From: a virus
Lineage: Duplodnaviria; Caudoviricetes
Virus record (IMG/VR): IMGVR_UViG_3300046012_000093
Location: 1 to 62,871 of that record
Length of the DNA: 62,871 nt
Strand: one strand, 5' to 3'
The translations under genes were made by a program, and so were the position numbers. Below the pieces are notes generated by a model that made no database searches, had not been told where the DNA came from, and was given only the letters and a program-made list of their open reading frames with translations. Positions 38,023 to 48,185 of the stretch are shown here, one piece after another; the stretch's first letter is position 1, and the number at the start of each line of letters is the position of its first letter.

Positions 38023-39653
38023 ATCTCCTGTGACGTCTTTTGTTCGTAGTTCATCGCCTGTTCTTTCGAGAGTTCGACGAGACGACCAGTCATCGAGTCA
38101 TAGAAGAGGTGACAAGCTGGACCTGTCCGACCTGTAAACCTGTTCTTCTGTACCATCAACTTAGTCGTGTTCCTCCGAGTCTCGTCGGCGTCTTCCTTGT
38201 CTCTGACACATTTGAGAACTAGATTACCTAATTGTTCGACACCGGCAGAACCTCTGATCTTACCCTCACGATTCAGGTGGATCACAGCTAGGACAAAGAT
38301 CGACAACTCCATACAGAGTGTCTTGATCTTAGTGGCGATCTCGTCTAGTTGCTTTCGCTCGTCTCCACTTTGATCAGAGACGACAATGCTAAGGTGGTCC
38401 AGGAAAACATATTTGCACCCCATGGCCACCATATGGCGGATTTTGGCAAGAACTTCATGTACACTGTTAGACCCGAAGTGATCCCAAACGACAACCCTGT
38501 CACTGTCAAGAGTATCAGTAAAGTACTTACGTAGTTCTTCTGTACTAACGGAGGATCGGACATCAGGAAGATGCAGAGGACGATTAGCTGTAATAGACAT
38601 GAGCCCGAGAGCAGTATCATAGTTCGGTTCCTCCAACATCATGAAACCGACACCATAGTCTTTCTTCTCTCGCTTGAGTTCTTCGAGGAAGTGGTGTCCA
38701 ATTTCTTTGAGAATAGTCGTCTTACCGTCACCAGTCTCAGCCGTCAGGATTACTAGTTCTGTCAGCCTAGCGCCGTAAGTCTTTTCATTCAGTCCTGCCC
38801 AAGGATAAGAGATCGTCTCGACTTCACGAGGCTTCGACACTTCGTCCCAGAGATCACGTCCTAGCTTCAGACCAGAAGGTGTGTAGACCGGAGCCTGCCA
38901 CCACTCTTGGATATAGCCTTGGGCTTTCCCATGAAGGAGATAGTCGTTAGGGTCTTTGTACTCCTTCAGTGTGAGGACATGGACCTTTCCGAGTGGGAAC
39001 AGCGCAGCGACAGCCAGAGCGGCTTCCTGACCGGGATAGCGGACTTCTCCGGTAGTCGGGTTGACCTTTGCGTCATCCTTGTCTAGGGCGACGACAATCC
39101 TGTCAAAGGAGTTCAGCCATTCGAAGTTATTCGCACACTGTCTGGCAGCCCCGTCAGCACTCTTGACGGCGACACAAGGAAATCGACTACCTGACATCTC
39201 GAAGGCTGCCATGGCGTCGCAGGCACCTTCTGTGATCGTCACAGCCCTGGCAGAACCAGGTTCGAAGAGTTGTTGGCCGAAGAGTTGACAGTCTGCACCG
39301 ACCTTACCTTCGGTGAAGAAGTCCTTCGTATTGATGATACGATATTGATTACCTGCGTGGATGCCGTCTCGATACCAAGGATATTGGTGTCGTTCACCGT
39401 CAGTCCACACACCATATTTAGCCGCCGTAGCGGCAGAGATTCCCCTGTCTTTCAACTCTGAGAAATCTTGAGCGACAGGTCTGATGCCTGTCTTAGTTTT
39501 GAATTCGTCCACTTGTTGTGGTTTCTTCTTTCTTTGAGTAGTTGTAGAACACGAGAAACAATGAGTATGACCGTCGTCATACACGGCTAGGGCGTCAGAA
39601 CTTCCACAAGTCGGGCAAGACTGATGCCCACGAAATCGACTCTCTGTCCTCAA
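38013..39653 (-). CDS. primase-helicase (T7 gp4-like)
   Basis: CPTC...CFSC Zn finger, TOPRIM ITEG..D/DKDD, AETGDGKT, FLDHLS, KNRFTG. Confidence 0.95.
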   Translation of the reverse strand: MRTESRFRGHQSCPTCGSSDALAVYDDGHTHCFSCSTTTQRKKKPQQVDEFKTKTGIRPVAQDFSELKDRGISAATAAKYGVWTDGERHQYPWYRDGIHAGNQYRIINTKDFFTEGKVGADCQLFGQQLFEPGSARAVTITEGACDAMAAFEMSGSRFPCVAVKSADGAARQCANNFEWLNSFDRIVVALDKDDAKVNPTTGEVRYPGQEAALAVAALFPLGKVHVLTLKEYKDPNDYLLHGKAQGYIQEWWQAPVYTPSGLKLGRDLWDEVSKPREVETISYPWAGLNEKTYGARLTELVILTAETGDGKTTILKEIGHHFLEELKREKKDYGVGFMMLEEPNYDTALGLMSITANRPLHLPDVRSSVSTEELRKYFTDTLDSDRVVVWDHFGSNSVHEVLAKIRHMVAMGCKYVFLDHLSIVVSDQSGDERKQLDEIATKIKTLCMELSIFVLAVIHLNREGKIRGSAGVEQLGNLVLKCVRDKEDADETRRNTTKLMVQKNRFTGRTGPACHLFYDSMTGRLVELSKEQAMNYEQKTSQEIWA

Positions 39654-39799
39654 ATGTCTTGCGTATAATCGTCTTGTAGGACCCTGTTGATGTCTAGTTC
39701 ATGTAGATCGTCATCAAAGAAGTCCTTCTGGTCGTCTAGGAAGTCTCCGTCGACTTCGATGTAATCGGATTGGTTCTCTGGTGTTTCATTCTCTAGCAT
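39650..39799 (-). CDS. 49-aa highly acidic peptide
   Basis: SD AAGGA; 18 D/E versus 2 K/R. Confidence 0.55.
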   Translation of the reverse strand: MLENETPENQSDYIEVDGDFLDDQKDFFDDDLHELDINRVLQDDYTQDI

Positions 39800-39810
39800 C
39801 GTCTTTCCTT

Positions 39811-41280
39811 TCAGGAGAATAACCTGTTACGAATCTGTTCTAGCGTCTGATAGTTCTCGATCTGACCGTTCCGGAAGACTTCTTTCAGAAGGCCCGACTT
39901 TTCTTGTTCGTGTGTCTGTTGGTCGTAGAGGATGAACTTTCCGTCTTCTTCTTCGACACGGAGGAGACCACGGGCAGATTTCTTCAGCCCTGAGTCTGTC
40001 TTCGGGTCTTTGAAGAGTTCTCTGTCTTGCCCGTCGACGACACCGAACGTCGCCTTGATCGCGGTTCCGAAGTTGTCCCTCGTGACGTGTTGGTACGTAT
40101 AACTTCCGATACCGAAGACGACATTCCCAGACGAGAAGCCCTTCTGCTTCAGACCTTCGAGGATTGCAGTAGCACGTTCAAGCGTGATCGAATCTCCGTA
40201 GATCAGTCCGACGTGACTGTCGAGCGTCCTGTGACCGTTCTCAGTGACAGTCCCACCAAAGACGTCCCAGAGACATTCGACTGCACCCTTGTAAGCAGGA
40301 GAACCTTCTTCTGCATCAGGATCACCGACGATGATCTTCACAGGATCACCAGAGTCAGGACGGAAGACTACCTTACCAGTCCTAGAAAGGATTTCTTCCT
40401 TCAACTCGACAGTGAATTCTGTCAATACTTGCCAGAAATCCCAGGTGTCAGACACGATGCTGACTATCCCTTCTGGGTAGGTCTCAGTCACTAGACGTCT
40501 GAACGTCTCGATTTCGTCGTCTTGTCCGCCCATACACATCACTGAGTGTTCTGTAGCAGGGACTGAGCCACCGACGAACGTCTCTCCACCGGCGTAGTAG
40601 TCTTCGAGGTAGTCAATCGCGGAGACTGTGTCTGTTCCTGTGAATGACAGGAGATGTCCTGCACCAGACTGAGCGGCGTCGTAGATACCCGACTGACCTC
40701 TCATAGAGAAGTCATGTCCCTGCCAAGGAACGAAACCTTCGTCTGCTCCAGTCGCCTTCGTGTACTTCTCGATCAGACGACGATATTCATAGGCTGTCGT
40801 CGCCGACGTGATAGATTTCCAGATCGAGGCGGATAGTTGTGTCTCGACGTAGTTCGTCAACCAGAAGAAACGAGGGTCTGTGTTCTTGATCGTAAACAAC
40901 GGGACACGGATGTCGACTCGACTACCTTCTGGGAGGGCCTTGATCGACAACGGGAGGAATCCTAGATCGTGAAGTTCCTCGATGTGTGAGACATCGACGT
41001 TCTTCAGTCCGAGCGATTGTTCTAACCGACGTCGATAACGACTGACGATCTCTTTCTTCGGTCTGTCGAAGAACTCCTTGTTCCATAGGTCTGTCAGCAA
41101 CCACTGACAAACACCTTGGAGTCCGAAGAACACGACCTTGTGATCGAAGTCAGGAAGGACACTCGCGAACTTGTCAGAACGACAGGTGAAGTTCGAGTAG
41201 ACGAGTTCAGTCCCCGGAGGGTACTGTTGTCTGTGTCCTGTCTTGTAGAAGTCTGTCGCATGTAGTGGAGAGAGTTTCAT
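39811..41280 (-). CDS. nadV: nicotinamide phosphoribosyltransferase family (Namat-like)
   Basis: TDFYKTGH, HDFSMRG, GTDT, PATEHSVM, VSDTWD, RPDSGDP, IYGDSIT, KKSARG. Confidence 0.92.
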   Translation of the reverse strand: MKLSPLHATDFYKTGHRQQYPPGTELVYSNFTCRSDKFASVLPDFDHKVVFFGLQGVCQWLLTDLWNKEFFDRPKKEIVSRYRRRLEQSLGLKNVDVSHIEELHDLGFLPLSIKALPEGSRVDIRVPLFTIKNTDPRFFWLTNYVETQLSASIWKSITSATTAYEYRRLIEKYTKATGADEGFVPWQGHDFSMRGQSGIYDAAQSGAGHLLSFTGTDTVSAIDYLEDYYAGGETFVGGSVPATEHSVMCMGGQDDEIETFRRLVTETYPEGIVSIVSDTWDFWQVLTEFTVELKEEILSRTGKVVFRPDSGDPVKIIVGDPDAEEGSPAYKGAVECLWDVFGGTVTENGHRTLDSHVGLIYGDSITLERATAILEGLKQKGFSSGNVVFGIGSYTYQHVTRDNFGTAIKATFGVVDGQDRELFKDPKTDSGLKKSARGLLRVEEEDGKFILYDQQTHEQEKSGLLKEVFRNGQIENYQTLEQIRNRLFS

Positions 41281-41282
41281 GA

Positions 41283-42086
41283 TCAGATTCTTTCTAGTTT
41301 CCAGTCTGATACGTCACCGAAGACGTTCGGACAATAAATCTTGTCGATAAGATCATCGAAGACGTTGAACCCTTTACTGAAGATACCGTGAGTCACATAG
41401 AGAGAGACTGATCCAGAACCATTTCGCTTCAACTCTTTAGCGAGTTCGATGAACGTCCGACCTCCGTCACAGATGTCGTCGACTATCAGACAAGGTTCGT
41501 CTGACAAGCGACCGTTGATATGGAGGACTGTACCAGTGATCTCACCTGTGTCGACGTCTCGTTTCTTGTCGGCGTTCAGGACATCGAGACCTAAGACCTT
41601 CGAGACTGCGTTGATCTTCTTCAACGCTCCGGCGTCAGGCGAGACGATGACAGTACGCTTCGGGAGGTTTCTGATTCCCTTGACGAAGGATTCTTGTCTG
41701 ACATTGTACGAACGGTCGAGTAGAGCCATAGCGACTTCACTGTGGATGTCCCAGACTTCGACTGAGTCATACTTCTGAGCGTTAATCAGATCAGCGAAGA
41801 CCTTCAACGACAGACTCTCACCAGGAGCACAGACTCTGTCCTGTCTGGCATACGGGACATACGGACAGACGAGGTTGATCGGGATGTATCCGTATGTCCG
41901 CCGGAGAGAGTCTGTCATGACGAGCAACTCCATGACGTCCGCCGAATTCCTCAGATCAGCCCTGATCAGAATACGACTAAGAGACTTCGGAATCTTATCT
42001 GTGTATAACTTGACGTGGATTTCTCCACCTGGAAAGATAAATGATTCGAACGAAATCTCAGTATCAGACGAGACTCGAAGTGACAT
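41283..42086 (-). CDS. prs: ribose-phosphate pyrophosphokinase family (Adps-like)
   Basis: FPGGE, PYARQDR, DIHS, SPDAGA, VDDICDGGRTF, THG; SD GAGG before ATG 42086. Confidence 0.92.
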   Translation of the reverse strand: MSLRVSSDTEISFESFIFPGGEIHVKLYTDKIPKSLSRILIRADLRNSADVMELLVMTDSLRRTYGYIPINLVCPYVPYARQDRVCAPGESLSLKVFADLINAQKYDSVEVWDIHSEVAMALLDRSYNVRQESFVKGIRNLPKRTVIVSPDAGALKKINAVSKVLGLDVLNADKKRDVDTGEITGTVLHINGRLSDEPCLIVDDICDGGRTFIELAKELKRNGSGSVSLYVTHGIFSKGFNVFDDLIDKIYCPNVFGDVSDWKLERI

Positions 42087-42088
42087 AG

Positions 42089-42313
42089 TTACCTCTTCAT
42101 GAAACTCGGCGTCCCCCAACGACCGAAACCTACTTCGATCTCTTCGTCGTATTCGGACAGTGAACTCTCGATAGAGTTGATCTTTGCTTCCTTGTCGTAA
42201 TCCTGGAGCGTTTCTTGGACTACAGAGAGACACTCAGTACACGGCATGATTTTCTTGTCTCGTGGATCGAGACGGACTTCGTTCATCTCGGCGTTACAGA
42301 TATGGCACTTAAT
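42089..42313 (-). CDS. Zn-finger protein, probable ATT start
   Basis: GAGGAAGACTCCA-ATT AAG TGC CAT ATC TGT gives CHIC...CTEC. Confidence 0.6.
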   Translation of the reverse strand: MKCHICNAEMNEVRLDPRDKKIMPCTECLSVVQETLQDYDKEAKINSIESSLSEYDEEIEVGFGRWGTPSFMKR

Positions 42314-42332
42314 TGGAGTCTTCCTCTTCTTT

Positions 42333-42551
42333 TTATACTGAAGCTAATGTGAAAGCCAGACAGAGAAGAAATGACACGATTCCGATTCGGAGTGTCACTT
42401 TCTTGACCTGTCGATTCCGTAGAGTCGTGTCGTCGTCATCCCATGAATAGTGTTTCATGTCTGTACACGACCAACCTACCCACGAGACTATACAGACTAT
42501 TCCGGAGAATGCTGCCAAGATTATTGCGTATATCTGTGCTTTGTCAGTCAT
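42333..42551 (-). CDS. two-TM membrane protein
   Basis: two hydrophobic segments. Confidence 0.6.
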   Translation of the reverse strand: MTDKAQIYAIILAAFSGIVCIVSWVGWSCTDMKHYSWDDDDTTLRNRQVKKVTLRIGIVSFLLCLAFTLASV

Positions 42552-42861
42552 TTCTCTTCCTCACACACGACCAGAGTTCGACAGTATGTCCTGTCTTTCG
42601 TGAATCAAACGCTTCACAGAGTTTCCAGCCTGTAGAAGCTAGGAGATGTCGTTGAGCGACATTCTCACGATCTACGGTACAGATCATCATGTCATAGCCG
42701 AATTCGTCGAAGACTATCCTCTGACGTTCCAGATTGGCCTTCGTCCCAACACCGTTACCCCTGTGGTCTTTAGGAACGTAGACCGAATGTGAGACGACGA
42801 CTTGTGAACATCCAGGGAGGCTGGTGAGTTCACCTATGACATCTTCGATGTTCATTCTCAT
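42544..42861 (-). CDS. GNAT acetyltransferase
   Basis: VYVPKDHRGNGVGT acetyl-CoA motif; N...LL..TGW. Confidence 0.8.
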   Translation of the reverse strand: MRMNIEDVIGELTSLPGCSQVVVSHSVYVPKDHRGNGVGTKANLERQRIVFDEFGYDMMICTVDRENVAQRHLLASTGWKLCEAFDSRKTGHTVELWSCVRKRND

Positions 42862-43607
42862 GAGTAGTGTTTCCTGAATGCTTCTGCGTACTTTTGGATC
42901 GTCTGGCCTTCGAGACCGGGACCTGTGTTGATCTCTAGGCAGTAGGCGGAGGCTTGCTTGCGATTATAAATAACATCGACAGCACCAAAATCAAGACCAG
43001 AAGCATCGAAGATCAACTTCGCTTGGTCGTTGACATCGTCTGGAACAACGACACCGTCTCTCGCAAAGATAAACCCGTTAACGTGAGATCGAACCTTCCA
43101 GTCTGTGGGTTCTTTCTCAGGGTCACGGATTTTTCTCTGGACGTCAATGCATTCCCCTCCGACAAAATGCAGACGGTATTCAGAGTCCTTTTTAATGTAT
43201 TTCGTATAGAGCGGCGCCTGTGGTAACTCGGTCTCATCTTCGTCTCCACATATAATTATACCATTACCAGAATGGCCTGTCAAGACCTTTCTGGCGACGA
43301 CGACATGTCCTTCTCTCCGCCATTCTTCGGCGGCTTCTTTCTCGTCTGTCCAAGGAACGCAACGACCACTGTCATGCATATGATCGAAGAACTCAAGCTT
43401 GTTGGCCATCCGACCGACGCACTCAGGACTATTGATGACACGACAACCAAACAGAGAGTCAGGAAGATGAGAACAACCCCAATTGATGACCGTTCTGCCG
43501 GACCGAGGTCTGAATGCTGATCCTTCACGTCGTATTCTCCTGAAGCCTCCGGCGACAGCCAGGGCTTTCATTCCGTTGCTTGGTCTCGATGAATAGAGAT
43601 ATAACAC
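42858..43607 (-). CDS. ATP-grasp peptide ligase (RimK/glutathione synthetase-like)
   Basis: INWG, NKL, GHSGNGI, EYR, LDFGAVD, LEINTGPG. Confidence 0.88.
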   Translation of the reverse strand: MLYLYSSRPSNGMKALAVAGGFRRIRREGSAFRPRSGRTVINWGCSHLPDSLFGCRVINSPECVGRMANKLEFFDHMHDSGRCVPWTDEKEAAEEWRREGHVVVARKVLTGHSGNGIIICGDEDETELPQAPLYTKYIKKDSEYRLHFVGGECIDVQRKIRDPEKEPTDWKVRSHVNGFIFARDGVVVPDDVNDQAKLIFDASGLDFGAVDVIYNRKQASAYCLEINTGPGLEGQTIQKYAEAFRKHYS

Positions 43608-43615
43608 CTGATCTC

Positions 43616-44812
43616 CTATAGGTTGTCGTCGAATATCCGACGCGGTCGAGCAGCACGACGACGAGGTGGTTGGGGCTGAGGTTGTGGAGCAGGTTCAGGT
43701 GCTCGTGGACCGTTCGGATTGAGACCAATACCAGCAAGGAGTTCCGCGGCCCTAATCCTCTCCCTGAGTCTGTCATGTTCGCGGACTCTGATTTCTTCTT
43801 CGACTGGTGCGGGAGGGACTAGATCATGAATATCTACAAACCTATGCCTAAGTGGCATCGGACGTTGCGCCTGTATATCTAGTCGGCCAGCAGCGAGAGC
43901 ACCATCGAATTCAGCATCCCATCCACCAGGTTCACGTTCTTTCTTCTCCTCGATCTTCCCTTCTCCTTTCGGAGCCCAGACTGGGATCGCATAGGCTAGG
44001 TCCTGAGCTAACCTGAGACCTTCCCAGAGCTTTGCCTGGAAGTCTGGAATACGCCAGAGGAGATAGTTGAAATCACGGAAGACATTCTGACAGAAGACTT
44101 GGAGACCTTTCTGAGAGAACTCTCTGACGACGTCTTGAGGGTTGTCATATTCGAGTGAGGCGTCCTTCAACCGAAGAAGTATCGAGACCCAACGGCTTAT
44201 ATCAGTCGGATTGTCACATCCTCGGTGCTGTCTGAATTCGAGCGATCCGAAACTAGCGAGAGCGGCGACGTTACACGCATGATACTTCAGGTGTTCAGGG
44301 TCGTTCAGATAACCGACATTCTGGTTCTTCAACGACTGACCCAGAAGATTCAAGACGTTCTCGGCGTCCTTCAACCTCAGACAGAAGAGGTTACCAGAAC
44401 GGAGCTTACCTCCGACGTAGTCCGTCAAGACCTCTTCGAAGATGTAATACAACGTCAGCCATGTCATGACTTGACGGAACGACAACTCCTGGGCGTTGAC
44501 GTGGACATGGACAGACGTCCTCTGTGACAACTGGACTTCAGCGAAAGACGACGTCAGTTTCTTCTTCAGATATTCGAGTGACTTCAAGACGTCGTCACGG
44601 GAGATTGCCCGCTTCAACGTATATTCTTGAGGGTTATGACCTTGGAACGGACGGAGTGATCCGTCGTTGTGGGCGTTCCAGTAATACTGCATCGCCCCGG
44701 CAGGAAGATTCAATCCTTCGAGTTCGATCTCGATTCCGACTTCACCTTCTACCTTATGTCCGACATTTCTAAGACCGAAGAGATCATAGATTGTCTTGTC
44801 GTACCAAGTCAT
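43616..44812 (-). CDS. putative amidoligase (COOH-NH2 ligase)
   Basis: GIEIELEG, DGSLR, SVHVHVN, LEFRQH; low-complexity Pro/Arg tail. Confidence 0.85.
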   Translation of the reverse strand: MTWYDKTIYDLFGLRNVGHKVEGEVGIEIELEGLNLPAGAMQYYWNAHNDGSLRPFQGHNPQEYTLKRAISRDDVLKSLEYLKKKLTSSFAEVQLSQRTSVHVHVNAQELSFRQVMTWLTLYYIFEEVLTDYVGGKLRSGNLFCLRLKDAENVLNLLGQSLKNQNVGYLNDPEHLKYHACNVAALASFGSLEFRQHRGCDNPTDISRWVSILLRLKDASLEYDNPQDVVREFSQKGLQVFCQNVFRDFNYLLWRIPDFQAKLWEGLRLAQDLAYAIPVWAPKGEGKIEEKKEREPGGWDAEFDGALAAGRLDIQAQRPMPLRHRFVDIHDLVPPAPVEEEIRVREHDRLRERIRAAELLAGIGLNPNGPRAPEPAPQPQPQPPRRRAARPRRIFDDNL

Positions 44813-45450
44813 TTCACAGGGACTCCGATTTCATTCAGTGATTCGAGGAGATGTCGACACCGTTCAGGAAGGACGAACTGTTGACTCTCATGACGACGAG
44901 CGACGGGGCTTCCTTTGTAATAGAGGTTCTGACTTCCGAATCCGTCTACGGCGACTGAGAACCTCCGATGGACCGCCCAAGGACGGACGAATTCATGCGT
45001 CTTGTAATGATCAGAAGACTTCTTGACGGCTTCTTCCATCGACGGATATTTGTTTGACACGAGGTCATTCAGATAGTCTGTCTGAAGGATGTTGTTCCAC
45101 GAGAAGTGTGACGGGTACGTCTGTTCGTCGTCTTGATACACGACGTTACGTTGGTTCACACCTTGCTGTCGTCCTCTCATCGCGACACGACGGAGATAAG
45201 TCGCTCCCCGGTCTCCGTAGTTGATGTAACCCAACGGGAAGACCGTATAGATGAGTCGCTCGTCTTCTAACGGTACGATGAAGAATTTAGACTCGCTGTA
45301 CGGAAGTCTGGACAATCTGACAGCTACCTTCCGTTCACCGCCGACCTCGACAGTAGTTTCTCTGTCGACGAACGCAGCCTGTCCGTCATAGATGACGTAA
45401 GTATGACGGAGACGATAGTTGCATTCTTCTATGTTGTCATACGCAGGCAT
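44809..45450 (-). CDS. conserved-position hypothetical protein in amidoligase cluster
   Basis: PLGYIN...YLRR...RQQG; between the two ligases. Confidence 0.6.
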   Translation of the reverse strand: MPAYDNIEECNYRLRHTYVIYDGQAAFVDRETTVEVGGERKVAVRLSRLPYSESKFFIVPLEDERLIYTVFPLGYINYGDRGATYLRRVAMRGRQQGVNQRNVVYQDDEQTYPSHFSWNNILQTDYLNDLVSNKYPSMEEAVKKSSDHYKTHEFVRPWAVHRRFSVAVDGFGSQNLYYKGSPVARRHESQQFVLPERCRHLLESLNEIGVPVK

Positions 45451-45453
45451 GTC

Positions 45454-46287
45454 TTACCCCTGAAGAACCGACAGATCAAGTCCGACGGCTTGTGATAGAT
45501 TCTTTCCGTGGACCGTCGTGTGCCAGTCGATGACGTTACAGTTGATGATGTCTTGGGCATGGTTCTGGTACATGCTCTCGGCTGACTTACCGTCGAAGAG
45601 ATCACGAGTCGCCTTGACCGAGTTATCGAAGACGAACTTCATCAATTTCTCAGACCTCAACCAGGCGTTACTCGGAACCCTGTACTCGACACCGTACGGC
45701 TTGATCCGACACGCTCCGGCTCGACCGTACATCGTCCGACGACGGTTATCGTGGTCCCATATCAGAGATGGCATCCCGACGTAATAGTCGAGTTGTCGAG
45801 CGACAGCCATACAGTCCATGACGTGGGCGACGTCAGTCACTTCATGGTTCTCTGTCCATCCGATGTGGATGTGACCTGCGGCAGTCCTCATCGGTTGAGA
45901 ACAGTCAGGGGGAACGTTCGGTTGTTGCATCCAGGCGTCGAAGTCTGGATTACACCCGAGTTCCTTCGCGAAGTCTGGGATGGTCTCGAAATATGTCTCG
46001 TCGAAGACTGCGACAGGAAAGTCCGAGAAGACATACCCTGGAGTCGTCTCTGCTGTCATTTCTCGGAGAGTCTTCATGACAGACTGGATATTTCGGATGA
46101 ACTCGTGTGACGTCACCGCAGGGTTGATGTTGAATTCGACGGCCGTTCCGTCTACTTGGACAGCACCGTATGGGACGTTGAAGGGCTTCTCCTTCGTCCC
46201 AGGTACTGCCATGTGAGCCGAGATTGGTGCTCCGCTGTTAGGGTTATAAAGGAAAATCTCGGGATCACAACCGATCTTGATTTGCAT
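45454..46287 (-). CDS. phiEco32-like COOH-NH2 ligase type 2
   Basis: IGCDPEIF, GTKEKP, QVDGTAVEFN, GCNPD, GHIHIG, RRTMYG.AG, GVEYR.PSN. Confidence 0.9.
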   Translation of the reverse strand: MQIKIGCDPEIFLYNPNSGAPISAHMAVPGTKEKPFNVPYGAVQVDGTAVEFNINPAVTSHEFIRNIQSVMKTLREMTAETTPGYVFSDFPVAVFDETYFETIPDFAKELGCNPDFDAWMQQPNVPPDCSQPMRTAAGHIHIGWTENHEVTDVAHVMDCMAVARQLDYYVGMPSLIWDHDNRRRTMYGRAGACRIKPYGVEYRVPSNAWLRSEKLMKFVFDNSVKATRDLFDGKSAESMYQNHAQDIINCNVIDWHTTVHGKNLSQAVGLDLSVLQG

Positions 46288-46316
46288 CTCTGTCCTGTCC
46301 TAGTTTGATGCGATTA

Positions 46317-47825
46317 TTACTTGATGATTCGTCCGCCCTGCTTCAACATGGCAGCGACGTTCTCGTCTACGTCGTCTAGATGATCGATACAATAGACTTG
46401 ACCCAGATAGAAGACACAAGGGTCTTGCCAACTGATGTCGTCTCCACACCAGTTACAACCTTCGACGGTGCGATCTTCGAACTGCTTCTTAGATAACTTG
46501 TCGCCGTGCTCGTCGATGTACGTCAGTTGACGATTCTTCTTGTTGTCGTGAGCATGGATGTGACGGTGCTTCTGCTTCCTGTTCTCACGGACACGATCAG
46601 CGAGACTGATCACTTCATGGGCTTCGTTCTTTTCGTGGGTCTCGTTGACTTTCTCAGTGATTTCTCGCGCTTGTTCTAGAATCGTATCAGTCTGATTCTC
46701 GATAGTCTGTGCGAATTCTTCTCGGAGTTCTTCCGGTGTCTTTCCTCCGAAGAGACGCTCACCGACTGTCGTCGGTACTGCCGTAGTCGAGACAGGGATC
46801 ACGATAGGTTTACACCTAGGACAGATACATTCCTTCCGGTGTGGGATGTTTGGATTCGGAGGAATCAGAACGGTAGTGGACACCGCAGTCGACGTCGTTC
46901 CTGCTTGAGCAATAGCCTTTCTCTCTTCCGCTCTCTCCTTGAGAGCCTCGTCGAAGGGAATCCAACGCTTCCTGTTGTTACAGTAGTATCCGTTCTGTCG
47001 TTTGGGGTCCCAGTTAAAAGGAGGTGCTCCGTATCCTGCCGAGACTTGTCCGTACTCAAATTCCGAACTGCTCGTCGATCCACTCTCGTAGGTTGGGCTG
47101 ATGCGAAAAAAATCGTCCTTCCTACCCTCCAGCTTTTCCCTCTCTGGAGCTTCGAAGACGCCACTACCCTTCGGAATCTCCCAAGAGAGAACCGTGTTCG
47201 CCGGGACTTCATAGACCTTGTCGTACTTGATCGCATTCCGAAGAAGTGCGGCGTGGAGCATCGGAATCTCAGACGCCCAGAAAATCTTCTGTCGGTTCTC
47301 AGAGAACGCATAGAAGAGAGGACGCTGATGATTCCTCAAGAAATTCAATCGCTTGTAAGTCTTGTCGTACCACGTCAGAGCCCAAGCTCCGAACATCAGC
47401 TTCAACGTCTCGTCGTAACCGATGTCTTCGAACGCATGAAAGATGCTCTCAGAGTCTGTGTCGAAGTGTGTGTTACCGGGTAGGGCGTTCTTACTCGACC
47501 TAGACAGGGTCCCGTTATGACATCCGACTAGACTCTTGAACTCGAACGGATGGGCGTTGTCGTAGTTGATCTTTCCTTGTGTCGCCTTCCGACAATGTCC
47601 GATGATGACACGATCACTCGGGTTGACTAGTTGATGGAAGCCCTTCGTGTTGACGAAGTCGTATGATGGAATAGTCGCCTTGAACAACCTCGTGTTGAAT
47701 CCGCCATCGACGGCGGCGATACCAGTGCTGTCATCACCTCGGAGAGCCGTCATGTATAGAAGGTCTCGAAATGCGTCACAGTCCGGTGAATAGAGGTTTC
47801 CGGCGATTCCTGCTAAGCCGCAGAT
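46317..47825 (-). CDS. class II (Ntn) glutamine amidotransferase with long C-terminal extension; ATC start
   Basis: AGGAG-N8-ATC TGC GGC gives (M)CGLAG; RGDDSTG, GHCRKAT, NAHPF, HNGT, TDSE. Confidence 0.88.
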   Translation of the reverse strand: MCGLAGIAGNLYSPDCDAFRDLLYMTALRGDDSTGIAAVDGGFNTRLFKATIPSYDFVNTKGFHQLVNPSDRVIIGHCRKATQGKINYDNAHPFEFKSLVGCHNGTLSRSSKNALPGNTHFDTDSESIFHAFEDIGYDETLKLMFGAWALTWYDKTYKRLNFLRNHQRPLFYAFSENRQKIFWASEIPMLHAALLRNAIKYDKVYEVPANTVLSWEIPKGSGVFEAPEREKLEGRKDDFFRISPTYESGSTSSSEFEYGQVSAGYGAPPFNWDPKRQNGYYCNNRKRWIPFDEALKERAEERKAIAQAGTTSTAVSTTVLIPPNPNIPHRKECICPRCKPIVIPVSTTAVPTTVGERLFGGKTPEELREEFAQTIENQTDTILEQAREITEKVNETHEKNEAHEVISLADRVRENRKQKHRHIHAHDNKKNRQLTYIDEHGDKLSKKQFEDRTVEGCNWCGDDISWQDPCVFYLGQVYCIDHLDDVDENVAAMLKQGGRIIK

Positions 47826-47843
47826 TGTAGTCTCTCCTGGGTT

Positions 47844-48185
47844 TTAGATTCGGGTGAACGTCTCGTTCCAACGGTCGATGGATGTCGGCGCTGGGTGACT
47901 CTTCAATAGAACACCACCGTTATAAGATAACGAGAAGACGTAACCCTCTTCGATGGCGACGATTTTTCTAGTCCAATTAGGGAGAGTACTTCCCTTGAAT
48001 ATGAATGTCTGGCCGACCTCTGGTGGTTCAGGCAGAGGGGGAAGGACTTCCTTTATGTCCTCTGGTGTGAGATAACAAAAACGACCACCCGAAGTGAGAG
48101 CATTCCAGTATTTAACACCGGAAAAATTCACACTGTCACCCAGAGTGAGTTTGACGAGGACTCGACACTTAGGGGCTGGGGTCAT
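47844..48185 (-). CDS. tandem SH3/KOW-like paralog
   Basis: DIKEVLPPLPEPPEVGQTF...KIVAIEEGYVF. Confidence 0.55.
   Translation of the reverse strand: MTPAPKCRVLVKLTLGDSVNFSGVKYWNALTSGGRFCYLTPEDIKEVLPPLPEPPEVGQTFIFKGSTLPNWTRKIVAIEEGYVFSLSYNGGVLLKSHPAPTSIDRWNETFTRI

Noticed and set aside
42087-42233. N-terminal extension of Prs in the ORF track
   Set aside because: Overlaps the Zn-finger gene; SD and homology start at ATG 42086
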